64,000 bases of DNA, from positions 7,502,001 through 7,566,000 of the forward strand of contig CM102286.1 of NCBI GenBank assembly GCA_046563655.1. The letters run 5' to 3'. Position numbers and translations under genes: made by a program. The notes below the pieces were generated by a model. That model was not told where the DNA came from, did no database searches, and was given only the letters and a program-made list of their open reading frames with translations. Positions 1-11,387 of the stretch are shown here, piece by piece; the first letter of the stretch is position 1; each line of letters starts with the position of its first letter. Source of the stretch: Yuukianura sp. NJ FZ-2021 (lineage: Eukaryota).

Positions 1-507
1 CATACTTTGCTCCCCCTCCAGAAAAATCCCACAGCGCCGACTCAGACGTAGACCACAGCGCAAGCTATGTCAACAGCTCAAATGACCTTGACCCTTCGCC
101 CAAATATTTAAAGGCTAAACTAGTCACTCTCTCTGTAATTTTCTTTGCGTTTACAATTTGCATAGAGGTGAATGCGTCGCAGTACATCTCCAACTTTGGT
201 CAATTTGGAGTACACAACCTCTCGATGTCTGCGGGGTCAATACTCTACACTGTCGTGGCGGCGTCATGTATAGTTGGACGAGGAGTGGGCATTTTTGTAG
301 GTTTCGATGTATCACCCATGGTGATGCTAACTTTAAATTTTATCGCTTTGATTGTTGCCAATTTGCTTCTTCTTTTTTCAAATACTGGCCTGTGGGCTCT
401 ATGGCTTGGAGCGAGTCTCCTTGGGTTGGGATATTCTACTGCCTCAGCCAGTTTCTCTGCTTATGTTGAGCGCCACCTTGTCATTACGAATGCCATTGGG
501 TCACTTA

Positions 508-1402
508 GTGTGTTCCAGAATTAACTACGACGCCTCTCTCATTTCGTGTGGATAAGAGTGGAGACGCTTCGGGTGGAATTTGAGCGGGAGAGGAAGTCAT
601 GGAGGGAAAATTGTGGCGGTCGGTTGAACTTGACAAGTCATTCATTCTTGTTACTTGGATTTCAGTTTTAATTGGGATTAGTTTTGATTGTTTTAAAGTT
701 AATTACTGTTAATTATGGTTAGACTTAATACTGAAGAAAGAGTATTTGTGGTCGAAACGTTCATAGAATATCGTGCTAAAGTGAAAACCAAAAATGAGGC
801 TGCCAGGATAGTGGAGGCAGCCTTTTCTAATAAGTTTGGACATGAAGTGACTATTTCTGGAATCCTGAATTTAATTGAAAAGTTTAAGGTCACCGGGTCA
901 GTTCATGATAAGCCAAGAAGCGGCAGACGTGTCACGGCTACCTCTCCCCTGAACCCTGAAGCATTGAAGAAGTCATGCGAAAATAATCCATTGCTAAGCG
1001 TAAGCGAAGACAAATGTCCGGCAATTCCTGAACGAGCATTTTCCCTAACAGGTGGATAGGCCGGGAGGAAAGTTAAAAACTGGCTTTGTTTCACATTTAG
1101 AGCAATGCATGCTTGTGAATGGTGAGCACTTCCAGCATCTTCGAAAAAGGAAACGTGTTAACTTTGGTGAAATCTTCCAAAACTGATAAGGACATGTAAA
1201 AATTTGAGTAATAAATAATGCCATAAGAACGTTTTGAAAATCAATCTAATCTAATCGGTTTTAAAGCAAATATTAGACGATAACCATAATGTGGCGGGGT
1301 TTTACGAATTTCCCTCCATGGTGTACCTCTCGCCCTCTTCGCCCCGCCCACTTTACTTTCACCTTTCACTTGAGGCGTCGTAGTTAATTCTGGAACACAC
1401 GA
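508..1402 (+). mobile_element. Internally deleted Tc1/mariner-superfamily DNA transposon
   Basis: Perfect 29-bp inverted repeats gtgtgttccagaattaactacgacgcctc (508-536 and 1372-1400), TA at 506-507 and 1403-1404, and transposase remnants inside. Confidence 0.9.
715..1140 (+). pseudogene. Truncated transposase (N-terminal HTH region plus C-terminal fragments)
   Basis: ORF 715-1059 contains IEKFKVTGSVHDKPRSGRR. Other frames carry VRQFLNEHFP/NRWIGR and HLEQCMLVNGEHFQHL, typical of Tc1/mariner-type transposases. Most of the catalytic core is missing. Confidence 0.8.
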
Positions 1403-2533
1403 TATGTTTGCTTCCGCAGCATTATTGTGCGCCGTTTATCCAATTATGATTGGACAACAAATTGAAGACAATCCAGTTTTCTTCACTTACGTAAATTTCC
1501 TTACAATTGGTGTCATGTTAATTAGTTTAGGACTTATCCTATGGACTACGCGCTCGAAGAAAGATGGAAAACTGTAACAAGAATTTTTCGCCCATGTTTG
1601 ATTCTTTGATACAAAACAAATATTTATCTAAGCTCAGCACAACACATAAAACTTAAAATTATACATTTTTATCCAACATTGTGAGTAATAAATTCCTAAC
1701 AACCTCAGGAAAACTGAGCTTTTTTTATATTGGAAGTTCTCTGGTTCCCGTAATTCGGGTTGAAATGGTACAGTCCGGTAGTTAAGCTAATTGGAATGGA
1801 TTTTAAATTGGATTGGCAAATGAATCAACTCCACATGATTTTTTTATCCAATTAAATCATTTGTTTCGTATAGTCATGTACTTGAGAAACTGAAGCGTGT
1901 CGGTATGATTCCAGACAATTGACAAACTTTAGATAAATGCCAGTCCGAAATTGAGTTGGTGTGACTCACACTTCCAACAAACTACTACTTTGCCACTTCC
2001 ATACCAATAACAATAAGATTTTAGCTAGTTAAACTATTTTGTAGAAGGTGTGTAATAATTTAGCTCTTTTTAGGCATAACATTACGAAAAACATATTGTA
2101 TTACCAATTTTAGGTAACGTGTCCAAACTACTTCATAGGGTAGATGGTATTGTAGGCGCTACAAAAGTTTCGTAAGTTATCGTTAATCATTAATGGTGGA
2201 GCACCTGAAGTGCTAATTTTTAAAAAATTGAGTAAATACTTCATCAACGCCATTGAGATTTGATTTCTTCTGATTACTAATAAATTAGTAACCTACACAC
2301 CGTGTGTCATTCGCACTACAAGGTATATTACTCAGTGATAGCAGTGAATACCAGTATCAGATAAAAACAAACATTGAGAATTATTTCACAACCTTCTATT
2401 TAATTCCGAAATTTCAATTTAATACAGGCTTTTACATAACTTTCATTCAAAGTTCTTGCAACAAAAACTGATTTGAGGAATTAAGTGTTGTTCTAAAACT
2501 TTAGCCTAAAAATTAACAAAGTTGAACTTGGCA

Positions 2534-3999
2534 ATGGAAGCAAATGGCCTGAAGGATGGAATTTATCATTCCAAAATGCTGCGACAACAGCACTTGATAA
2601 CTACAGTCGTAATTTACATGGGAAACTTTGCCTATGTAAGTCCACCTTAACTTTGCAAATATACTAACGCTAAATATTTTTTCCATTGATTTTACGTAAT
2701 TTACTTATTTAATTTAATGTATTTAATGGACAGGGAAGTTCGTTAAGTTGTTTCTCGCCAACAATGTCGTACTTTATTACGAAATATGGAACAGATAATG
2801 GAAGCATGGCCATTAGCACAACGATTTCAGCAATTAGCTATCTCATCGGAGCTAGTCTGCGTAAGTATTTTTTATTGCGCAAGCGTGTAGCTACTTGTAA
2901 CTATAGTTTGCTTCTGGTTTTAGCCAGTTTCATCTACAACTACATGAAGAGGCAACTAGGAGTAGCGATTGGTCTGTTAATGCTGGGCATCGCCATGATA
3001 CTGATAGTTTACACCACTGCGCTTATGCAGTATCTAGTAATTGGTGGAGTGATGGGGCTTTTCGTAGGTGCATTCGATGCGTCTCAAATCGTCTGGGTCA
3101 TGGAAATGTGGCAATCAAAGTCTGGACCATTTCTTCAAGCCCAAAATTTTTTTACGGCAATTGGAGCTATTTTGCCCGGATTGCTGTTGCCGTCAATATT
3201 CAACGAAATTGACAACACCGGAGTTGACAACATGTGGCTTTTGTTTAATAGCCTGGGAGCATTTGCGTTTGTCGCTGGCGCTGCACAACTTTTCTTATAC
3301 TTTTATGCACCGTACGCACCTCCTCCACCAGAAGATGTTGATGTACTGGAAACAAAACAGACAGTTCCAGAAACAGACGGAGAAAAATCTGAATTGGAAC
3401 AAGTACTACAAGTTTGGCCAAAGTATTTGCGACTGAAGGTGGTGACACTCAGTGCAATTTTCAGTGCCTTTGACATTGGAATGGAAGCGAGTACAGTCAT
3501 ATACATTTCCATGTTTGCTGAATACAGTGCGCATGACCAGACCTTGGGTCAAGCGTCCATGGTCTATACAACCCTCATGATAGCCTATACTGTGGGAAGA
3601 GCTTCGGGAGTTTATGTGATTTTGAAAATTCCGCCGCCTTTTATACTTTCATTCAATTTCTTTGTTCTGATTGCTGCTAATACACTACTCATGATAACGA
3701 ACTTAGGGGTGTGGACATTATGGCTCGGAACGGCTATGATTGGTATAGGGTACTCTACAATTCAAGCCAGTTTCTTCGCATATATTGGACGCCATCTTAC
3801 GGTAACCAATGCCATGGGGTCATTGTTCCAAGTATGTGGAACGGCAATGGCGGCAGCATTTCCACTTATCATTGGAATGCAGATAAACACTAGTCCACTA
3901 ATTCTTCCCGTAGTAAATTTAATGTCTTTGGTCGTCATAGCAGTTACCTTTGTTTTCATTTTTCTCATTACATATAAGAAAAAGCCCGGGAAATTATAA
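2534..3999 (+). CDS. MFS transporter, MFSD4/sodium-dependent glucose transporter 1-like; exons 2534-2635, 2734-2860, 2924-3999
   Basis: Many hydrophobic segments and motifs such as VWVMEMWQSKSGPFLQAQNFFTAIGAILPG and AYTVGRASG. GT-AG introns keep the frame. Confidence 0.85.
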
Positions 4000-5169
4000 A
4001 ACGAAAAATAAATAGTACTTACAACTAATATTTCGACATTTCGATATGTTAAAAAAAGTTTAAAATGTTTGCTTTTTGTGTAGCATATTTGTACTATTAT
4101 GCGCAGTATTGCCTTGCAATGTTCGAAGTAATATTAAAAACAAATTTTCATCTACTACAATAAATTTATCAATTAAATTTCTGTCCCAAGTTCTTAATAG
4201 ATTAACCTGTCAAGTTTATTAAAAATTAACGTATAAACTTTACAATCCAAGTTCAGCATCATACATTTCGCAGTGTCACTAAATCATCATCATCAATGCA
4301 AAGACTTATCGAGCCTTTCCTTATGTATTTATCCGCTACAGCAAATGTACAAAAGTGCTTAACATACAAAATGAGTAATTAAGATATACATATATAAGTT
4401 ATACGTATTTGCCAAACCTTATTATGACGAAAATAAAGTATTGCCACTTTATCGTGACTTAGAAAATGTTGACTCATAATAGTACTTATACATGTGAATA
4501 CTAGCGTTGAAGCTGAATGCCAATTTCACGTACGCTATCTAATCCGATAATTATAAAACTATCGATTACCATCCAAGTGTCTGTTGTATGACCAATATAG
4601 TCGTAGGTCTGAGTAACCACCCAAATTGAAAAGTAGTCCGTAGTTACCGCAGTACCTTCTGAGTGAGGAATGATGCAGTTGAAGTAGTCTTGCTCGGTTA
4701 CTGGCGAAAATGGAGTATCACACGGTGAGATGAAGTCACATATTTATTGGTCAAATGAATAATTCAATTTCGCCGACAGTAATTCATAAAACTTTAGAGC
4801 CTTTCCAGAAAGTTTACACTGTATCGTATGAACGCTTGAGCAGACCACTCATAGTCATCTATTTAGCAAATGCATCTCACAATTTATTTGCGCAATGCTT
4901 TTTACTTGCAACTTCTTACTAAAGGTACTACTACGCTTAACTTTTGACTATGATGGTATTGCTAAATGATGACTACAACGCTGCCTTTAACCCGCGTCCG
5001 TACTCTTCTTTTTATAAGTGTTTGGAAAATGTTCACTGTATTTGACATTTTTAAAATCGAAAAAAAAATACACAAAGTATTGCTTTTAATAATTTTTCTA
5101 TGTGTGTAATTTTTTGATTTGGTATTCACGCAAAATTTTAATTTATGCCAGTTTTGAATTATAATTGAA

Positions 5170-5635
5170 GTCACTTTAACTTTACGCTTAAACTCCTAAT
5201 TAGCCAATATTAAAGAAAGTTAGTTGATTAATACTCTTCTTGATTTCCCATATTGTAGTACTAAATCTAAATGTGAACAAATTCCAGAAAAACGAGTCTG
5301 GTTTGCAGTATAAAACCAAGCCAACGACGTGTAAAGCGTATGCTAAAAAGATTTGGCAATTGGTTGTAGCCGGAAAACAAGATTTCCAACTTTGATGCAT
5401 CGGAAAAACGAGATTTACAATTTGCGTCAAAACTTTTATTTAATCTCGTCATAAATGTTGAGATTATTAGGTCAATTTAGTATAAATTCTGGTAAAAGGT
5501 GAATCAATTTGAAATCAAGGTCAGCAATTTACGTGTTGTAGACGCAACTAAATTGTACAACAAAAATTACCCTGGAAACTACAATCATTATACAATCATC
5601 CTAACTTACCGTTATGCCCGCTTAAATATCATAAA
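5170..5635 (+). pseudogene. Remnant SDR gene unit: upstream region fused to 3' flank, coding region deleted
   Basis: 5170-5513 matches the SDR upstream regions (ctaaatctaaatgtgaac, agtataaaacc, ttgcgtcaa, gaatcaatttgaa). 5515-5635 matches the 3' flanks of SDR copies 2 and 4, and that match continues from 13457. Confidence 0.7.
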
Positions 5636-5863
5636 CTAGCTGGAGCCCGTGATGTTTACACATCACGAAATTTACATGAAAAGTTACAAGCAATTGGTAA
5701 TTCTGTGAGCCAAACGAAGAAGCACGGGGATTTTTGAATATGAAAATTTTTAATATTAAGTCAAAAATCCCCTAGCTTCTTCGTTTGGCTCACAGAATTA
5801 CCAATTGCTTGTAACTTTTCAAGTATATTTCGTGATGTGTAAACATCACGGGCTCCAGCTAGT
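5635..5863. repeat. Long palindrome (~103-bp arms, 23-nt loop) at the Helitron 3' end
   Basis: 5635-5737 is the reverse complement of 5761-5863 with about 4 mismatches. Confidence 0.95.
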
Positions 5864-6026
5864 CTTGCTTAAACTTCAGGCGTTATGCATTGTATTTCAC
5901 GGTTGAGCGCACTTGGGAACCGCCCCCAAGGCCATGCCCGTGCCCAATGTTTGATCCGTAGATCGAGGCTAGGAGTTAGTCCCTCGTTTATGGTTTGAAT
6001 TATTTGTAATAGTTTTTTTCTCAAAT

Positions 6027-9000
6027 TTAAAGAAAAATCTCTTTGTAAACACAATTTGTTGTAAACCATTTGTCTTGGCCTTTGATTAATTGGCCTTGAT
6101 TTTTTGAATTTAATATTTTTACCCTTACATTACTTTTCTTAGTACTGCGGGAAAAAGCCACATACAACTGTCCGTGGCTGAATACGGGCATCGGAAGATA
6201 AATGCCAACGTGTTCGAGTGACTGTCCTTGGGCTTTGTTTATTGTCATTGCAAAGGCTAACATAATGGGGAACTGTCGCCGTTTCATTTCAAATGGCAAA
6301 TCTGTATCACCAGGTACTAAGTCAATTCTTGGAATTAGTACTTGGGAACCTTTGCATTTACCCTCAAGGATTTCAGCCTGAATAACATTAGGCTTTAGTG
6401 ACTTAATCATGAGTCGGGTTCCATTACATAGGCCTAGTTTCCGATTTAAGTTTCTAAGCAGCATAACAATACATCCAGTTTTTACTTTTAAAGCATGCAG
6501 TGGCACACCTGAAGGATTTATAGTATTCAAGTACTCTACTGGAAAGTTTTCAACGCTCCCTTCACCATCTTCAGCCACGGAATCAACACTGAAGTAGGTA
6601 ACTATCTCGCCGTCAGAACGATCGAGTACTTCATTATTAAGTCCATGAACGTCTTCGTTCTTTGGAGTTAGTATCGCTCTCTTAGCGAATTGGCTAATAT
6701 TTTCATCACTGAAGGTAATACTGCCTCCAAAAATTGAGGATATTAAGTCTTCTTCCTCGATACATTCGCCTGGAATTTCAATTACGTCGTCACCAAGACC
6801 GTAACCATTTGACAGCTCTCCATCGCCAAGTCTTAACAGCCATTGATTGTACTCAATTTCATCTGGAGAAGTACGCATATTTTGATGGAGCTTCAGGAAT
6901 TTAAAATGGCGCCACACTTTGGCTTGTTTTACAGAGGATTGGACAATCTGTACCCTTCCGCCGTGTTTTACTATGGGCAATGTTTGTCTAAAGTCGCCCC
7001 CGATTAGGAAGAGCTTATTGCCAAATGGCTTGTTGATCCCCATTACTTCACGGAAGAGCCTATCAACCGCGTCCATATTAAAGCATGGCGTCATTGTGAC
7101 TTCATCCCAAATAATAATCGCCGCTTCCCTTAGCTGTTTTGCTTCTTTGGATGTTGGCTTTATTTTTGAGGTTGTAGTTTCATTGCTCTTTATACCTAGA
7201 CCAAATCTGGAATGGTATGTTGTCCCACTTTCCAAAAGTGTGGCGGCTAACCCTGTGGAGGCCACTGCGCAAACATTCAGCTTCTTCCCTTGAAAAGTTT
7301 TCATGATGGTGTTATACAGAAAAGTTTTCCCACTTCCTCCAGGTCCATCAATAAAATAGCACTTACTATAACAGTCAGCTTCATACGCTTGGAGGACTGT
7401 ATCGAATGCAACCTTTTGTGCTTCATTTAGCATACCTGCCAACTCATTAGCTTCCGCAGCTATAGCCTCAAAATCTATTTGATGTATATATTGCTCAAGA
7501 TCTTCCCTTGGCATTGGAAGGCCGAAATCAGAACACGATTTTCTATGTAAACTCAAGGAATCATCAATATCTCTCAATGCCATTTGAACAGCTATTTCAT
7601 GAGTATATTCTCTGATATAGTCCTCAATAAATTCATCCTTGAATTTTTCCCACAATTCAATGGGATTTGTTGGCTCTCCAAACACGCAAATTATTGCAAA
7701 AAGCTCTCTTAACTGTGAGGGCATTTGATACGTTACTGCATCCGTAATGCAGTTTTCCCATTGTGAATCATCTGCGAGTAGCTGCATTGCAATAGCTGCA
7801 GCTTTAAAGTTTTCATGGACGACACCATCAATGGTTCTAACATCTTTGAATGACGTTGGCCCCTTGACATGAAGCAGGAGCAATCGGAGATAGTATAGTT
7901 CTCCTGAGGCAACGGATACAGTGTACATTCTACCAATGGTTTTGCCAAAATGTGCCTTTCTTTTCTGCCAACCCGGCATAAATTGTCCTGGAATTTTTCT
8001 TTTCCAAACGTAATGCTCCGGAATTTCCATGTATGTGTATTGGTGAGCACTACTATCGCACTTATTCAGCTCAAAAAACCCTTGTAGTGTTGTTATTTTT
8101 TTATCTATAGCTGCATCCACAGCGTCCAATTCGTCGCCGTCTTCAAAATATATTTGCTGCTCATTTTCCAAATGAATTGCAAGCCGCTTAATATCATGGG
8201 ATCTGTCATCCATTTTTTCTTTTCTAATGCGCCACATTGCTTCTGGAGCACTTATATACCTTGTATCCAAATACATTGCTGGTTCATCCCAGTTGAAAGT
8301 GTCAAACCTTATGTTTGCACAGTCGTGCCCTTTGTAAATGTATTTGAAAAGATATTTCACACTTTTTATTGAAGCGCAAATTTCAACATTAATATGACTA
8401 TTGTATTTCAATGACAAATATGGATTATATGGTACAACCCATTGGTTGTCCACAGTTTTGTTTCCAAGATTATAGAATCTCCCAGTATTTTCGCGCCTGT
8501 AATTTGGATACCCATTTACATTGGGATTGGTTTCCGAACAATAATCTTTGGGGAATTTCTTTGTGCACACCCCTTCACTCATGCAAACAGAGCTAGGGTT
8601 CAATGTACCACATGGTCCATGGATCATATTTTGCAGTACAATTTTGTGCAATCTTGGATGTGTTTCTGGGTTAGGAATTTCTGCCGAGACTATTTTATCA
8701 ATGTCTTCGGCTGTCCGCAACTTACTATCATTGTCTAAGATAAATAGCATATGCGCATGTGGTAGACCACGCTTTTGAAATTCAATCACATAGACATGTG
8801 CAATTACTTTCCCAAATATATTTTTTTTCAGAATGTCATCTAAAAGTTGTTTAAATTTTAGCTTGAATACTCTGGCAACTAAGTCAGGCCGAAACTCAGG
8901 GCTTTGCCATGGTTCTAAGTTTTCAGTGATTTCACGCCATTTTGGGTTGCATGTCATTGTAATGAAAAGGTCAGGCTTTCCATATCGTCGCACTATGCTC

Positions 9001-10532
9001 ATAGCATCTTGGAAATTTTGTTGCATTGCTCTCGGACTTCCTGTAAAAGAAGACGGCAATATAACTGCAGTTCCTGCTTTTAGACCTCGATTCTCTGAAA
9101 TGTTATGAATATGATCCATAATTCCAGCATAAGAATCTACGCGCAGCTGTTTCTGATTGAATCGGATGAAATTTAGTCGATACGATTCAATTTTTACATA
9201 GCTGTCAACTATAAACTGTTGAGTAAGCTTTCCCGCATTTAGAATCGGATTGAACTCGTCCCTCACAGCTAAGCGATAAGCATAATACTGGAGTTGCGTG
9301 ATTTTTCTTTCATTTACACACTCGTACTCGGGATCCTGCTGAGGGTCAGGGGCAATGCTTCCCATACCATTGTGATAGATTGAACTAAGCGCTAAGTCCA
9401 CTGTCAGGTTTGTTGTCCAACCGCTGTCACCAAATGGAAACAGCAACGGATATGTCATCGCATCACACTTTTTGTGTAGGAAGCTTATTTGAAATGTTTT
9501 ATTTTGACTTCTTGAATGAATCCGTATGTCACGGTCAAATGGAGGTTCTCCCATTGCGTTTTGAAAAATAATTGCCACCTCATTACACCTGGGGGCGTTG
9601 TACCTCCTTTGGTCACTTCTGCAATTGTTGACAATCGACATTGTCACTTCCATAGGAAGTCTACCTTCAGCTTGGGCTGCTTGCTCTTCCTCTATTTCAA
9701 ATTCTCGCATCATTTTGTAAGCAGCGGCGAATGGATTTATGTTTCGAATAAGTATTCCCAACTCATTCATCACAGTCTGATCGCAACCCGAGTTGGCCTT
9801 TTCCCCGAGACGGGCATTTAATGCTTCAGCTGTGTCTAAAATATAAATTTGAGAATACTGTGGAGTTTCTCCAATCGGTGGATGCAGTGGGCCAGTTCGG
9901 TGGTAGATCTGACCGTGAATTCGAAAACAATAAGGTCCGTAACCTGGAGGCGGTGCAACCTGAGCTCCCATAGAGGCAAAAGCCAAAGCACTATTGTAGG
10001 ACCTAATATGATCCAGGAAATTTTTAGATTTGGGGTTTTTTCCCTTCATTAAATCGACGATTTCATTATTGACTTGAATTGGTCTTAGCTTAATTTTGCC
10101 CTTTTCGCAGCACGATGTGAATTTTTTATCTGAGGCGCGCTCTTTTTCAAAATTTTTGGAGCCGCAAAATTCACACCGAATTTCCATTGAGCCGCAATAG
10201 TGTTCCGGAATTTCTTCTTCAATCACAGCATGAACATGTGCTTCTTGCCTTTGAGCTTGCGCTCTTTGAGCTCGTATTCGGTTCCTTTCTGTCTCCCTTC
10301 TCACTTCCAATTGTTGCGGACTGGCATTTGCCGTCCTGGTTTGGAACCTTGTTCTCTCAGTTTCTCGCCTTTGAATTACTTGTTCAATTGATGCCTGTGA
10401 TGCTCTCAACCGGGACGCTATTCTATCTGTCTGACGTTGCTGGGCAACTTGTTCCGTTGTTCGATTGGCTCGGTATAATCTTTTTCGGATTGCTTCCGGA
10501 GTCATCGACAATTGTCGCTTTTGACCTGGCAT
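6027..10532 (-). CDS. Helitron RepHel protein (HUH endonuclease plus PIF1-family helicase)
   Basis: Single long ORF with HUH motif VIEFQKRGLPHAHML, KYLFKYIYKGHD, Walker A DGPGGSGKT, WDEVTM, GGDFRQTLP, FAMTINKAQGQSL and HGQLYVAFSR. The likely start is MPGQKRQ at 10532. Confidence 0.95.
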   Translation of the reverse strand: MPGQKRQLSMTPEAIRKRLYRANRTTEQVAQQRQTDRIASRLRASQASIEQVIQRRETERTRFQTRTANASPQQLEVRRETERNRIRAQRAQAQRQEAHVHAVIEEEIPEHYCGSMEIRCEFCGSKNFEKERASDKKFTSCCEKGKIKLRPIQVNNEIVDLMKGKNPKSKNFLDHIRSYNSALAFASMGAQVAPPPGYGPYCFRIHGQIYHRTGPLHPPIGETPQYSQIYILDTAEALNARLGEKANSGCDQTVMNELGILIRNINPFAAAYKMMREFEIEEEQAAQAEGRLPMEVTMSIVNNCRSDQRRYNAPRCNEVAIIFQNAMGEPPFDRDIRIHSRSQNKTFQISFLHKKCDAMTYPLLFPFGDSGWTTNLTVDLALSSIYHNGMGSIAPDPQQDPEYECVNERKITQLQYYAYRLAVRDEFNPILNAGKLTQQFIVDSYVKIESYRLNFIRFNQKQLRVDSYAGIMDHIHNISENRGLKAGTAVILPSSFTGSPRAMQQNFQDAMSIVRRYGKPDLFITMTCNPKWREITENLEPWQSPEFRPDLVARVFKLKFKQLLDDILKKNIFGKVIAHVYVIEFQKRGLPHAHMLFILDNDSKLRTAEDIDKIVSAEIPNPETHPRLHKIVLQNMIHGPCGTLNPSSVCMSEGVCTKKFPKDYCSETNPNVNGYPNYRRENTGRFYNLGNKTVDNQWVVPYNPYLSLKYNSHINVEICASIKSVKYLFKYIYKGHDCANIRFDTFNWDEPAMYLDTRYISAPEAMWRIRKEKMDDRSHDIKRLAIHLENEQQIYFEDGDELDAVDAAIDKKITTLQGFFELNKCDSSAHQYTYMEIPEHYVWKRKIPGQFMPGWQKRKAHFGKTIGRMYTVSVASGELYYLRLLLLHVKGPTSFKDVRTIDGVVHENFKAAAIAMQLLADDSQWENCITDAVTYQMPSQLRELFAIICVFGEPTNPIELWEKFKDEFIEDYIREYTHEIAVQMALRDIDDSLSLHRKSCSDFGLPMPREDLEQYIHQIDFEAIAAEANELAGMLNEAQKVAFDTVLQAYEADCYSKCYFIDGPGGSGKTFLYNTIMKTFQGKKLNVCAVASTGLAATLLESGTTYHSRFGLGIKSNETTTSKIKPTSKEAKQLREAAIIIWDEVTMTPCFNMDAVDRLFREVMGINKPFGNKLFLIGGDFRQTLPIVKHGGRVQIVQSSVKQAKVWRHFKFLKLHQNMRTSPDEIEYNQWLLRLGDGELSNGYGLGDDVIEIPGECIEEEDLISSIFGGSITFSDENISQFAKRAILTPKNEDVHGLNNEVLDRSDGEIVTYFSVDSVAEDGEGSVENFPVEYLNTINPSGVPLHALKVKTGCIVMLLRNLNRKLGLCNGTRLMIKSLKPNVIQAEILEGKCKGSQVLIPRIDLVPGDTDLPFEMKRRQFPIMLAFAMTINKAQGQSLEHVGIYLPMPVFSHGQLYVAFSRSTKKSNVRVKILNSKNQGQLIKGQDKWFTTNCVYKEIFL

Positions 10533-10610
10533 TATTGTTAAGACTGATACCGCAACGTGGATACAATGTTCAATTCCGGCTGTATTCCCACCAGTGTGTG
10601 CAATGTTCAC

Positions 10611-10912
10611 GTACAACTGTACAATTATAGTTGACTTCAACCAAGAAGTACAACTGTACAATTATAGTTGACTTCAACCAAGAAGTACAACTGTACAATT
10701 ATAGTTGACTTCAACCAAGAAGTACAACTGTACAATTATAGTTGACTTCAACCAAGAAGTACAACTGTACAATTATAGTTGACTTCAACCAAGAAGTAAC
10801 TACTAATTAATTCCAATCAACTTCAATCAAGAAGTAGAATTGATTACAATTGTCCTCAATCAAGAGGTTACAATTGTTTGACTCCAACTGACTTCAACCA
10901 AGAAGTACAATT
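10611..10912. repeat. 37-bp minisatellite: 5 exact copies (10611-10795) plus degenerate copies
   Basis: Unit gtacaactgtacaattatagttgacttcaaccaagaa. Confidence 0.95.
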
Positions 10913-11159
10913 GCCTAAATCCCTAATGTTATATTTAGAAAACTAATTTTAACTATGAAACTTTAACAATGTAAAAACTTTAACTATGAAAGGAAATACA
11001 CTTTAACATGGAAAACGTTAAGTATTTTAACTTCAAAGAAATCTAACCTGACAATTAACAAAACTTGTTTTTGGAAAGAAACAAAATCAGAATCTCCTAA
11101 TGTTTACTGCCTGCTGTCTGAAAACACACTGAAGTTTTGTAAGTGCCGGAGTGCGAGAG

Positions 11160-11385
11160 TTCGTACGATATATCACAGCTCGGCTTTATATAGCAGTACG
11201 GTTTGTGTCTCTGCTTCGCTTTATACATAGCACGCTTCCTTTTGCATCACGCATGGTTGTATATCACAGTCCGATTACAGTTTATCGAATATCACAGTCG
11301 GTTGCATATCACAGTCGGTTACATATCACAGTCGGTTACATATTAGCCGGTTACATATCACGATTAGTCGATACATCACGATTCA
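11160..11385. repeat. Cluster of atatcacagtc(c)ggttac-like motifs (again at 11795-11870)
   Basis: Repeated 'atatcacag' core with spacing of about 17 bp. Confidence 0.7.
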
Positions 11386-11387
11386 GG

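Larger units (their letters stand above)
3..1577 (+). pseudogene. MFS transporter (MFSD4/NaGLT1-like), 3' part, interrupted by a transposon at 508-1402
   Basis: 3-507 reads YFAPPPE...PKYLKAKLVTLS...HLVITNAIGSL and 1404-1577 reads MFASAALLCAVYPIMIGQQI...KKDGKL*. Both align with the paralog at 2534-3999. Removing the insert and one TA restores the frame. The 5' end lies outside the window. Confidence 0.85.

Noticed and set aside
6409..10630. Short ORFs overlapping RepHel on the opposite strand or in another frame
   Set aside because: They are shadows of the long coding sequence with no recognisable motifs.
10533..10661. N-terminal extension of the RepHel ORF
   Set aside because: It begins at a non-ATG codon inside the 37-bp minisatellite; ATG 10532 is more plausible.
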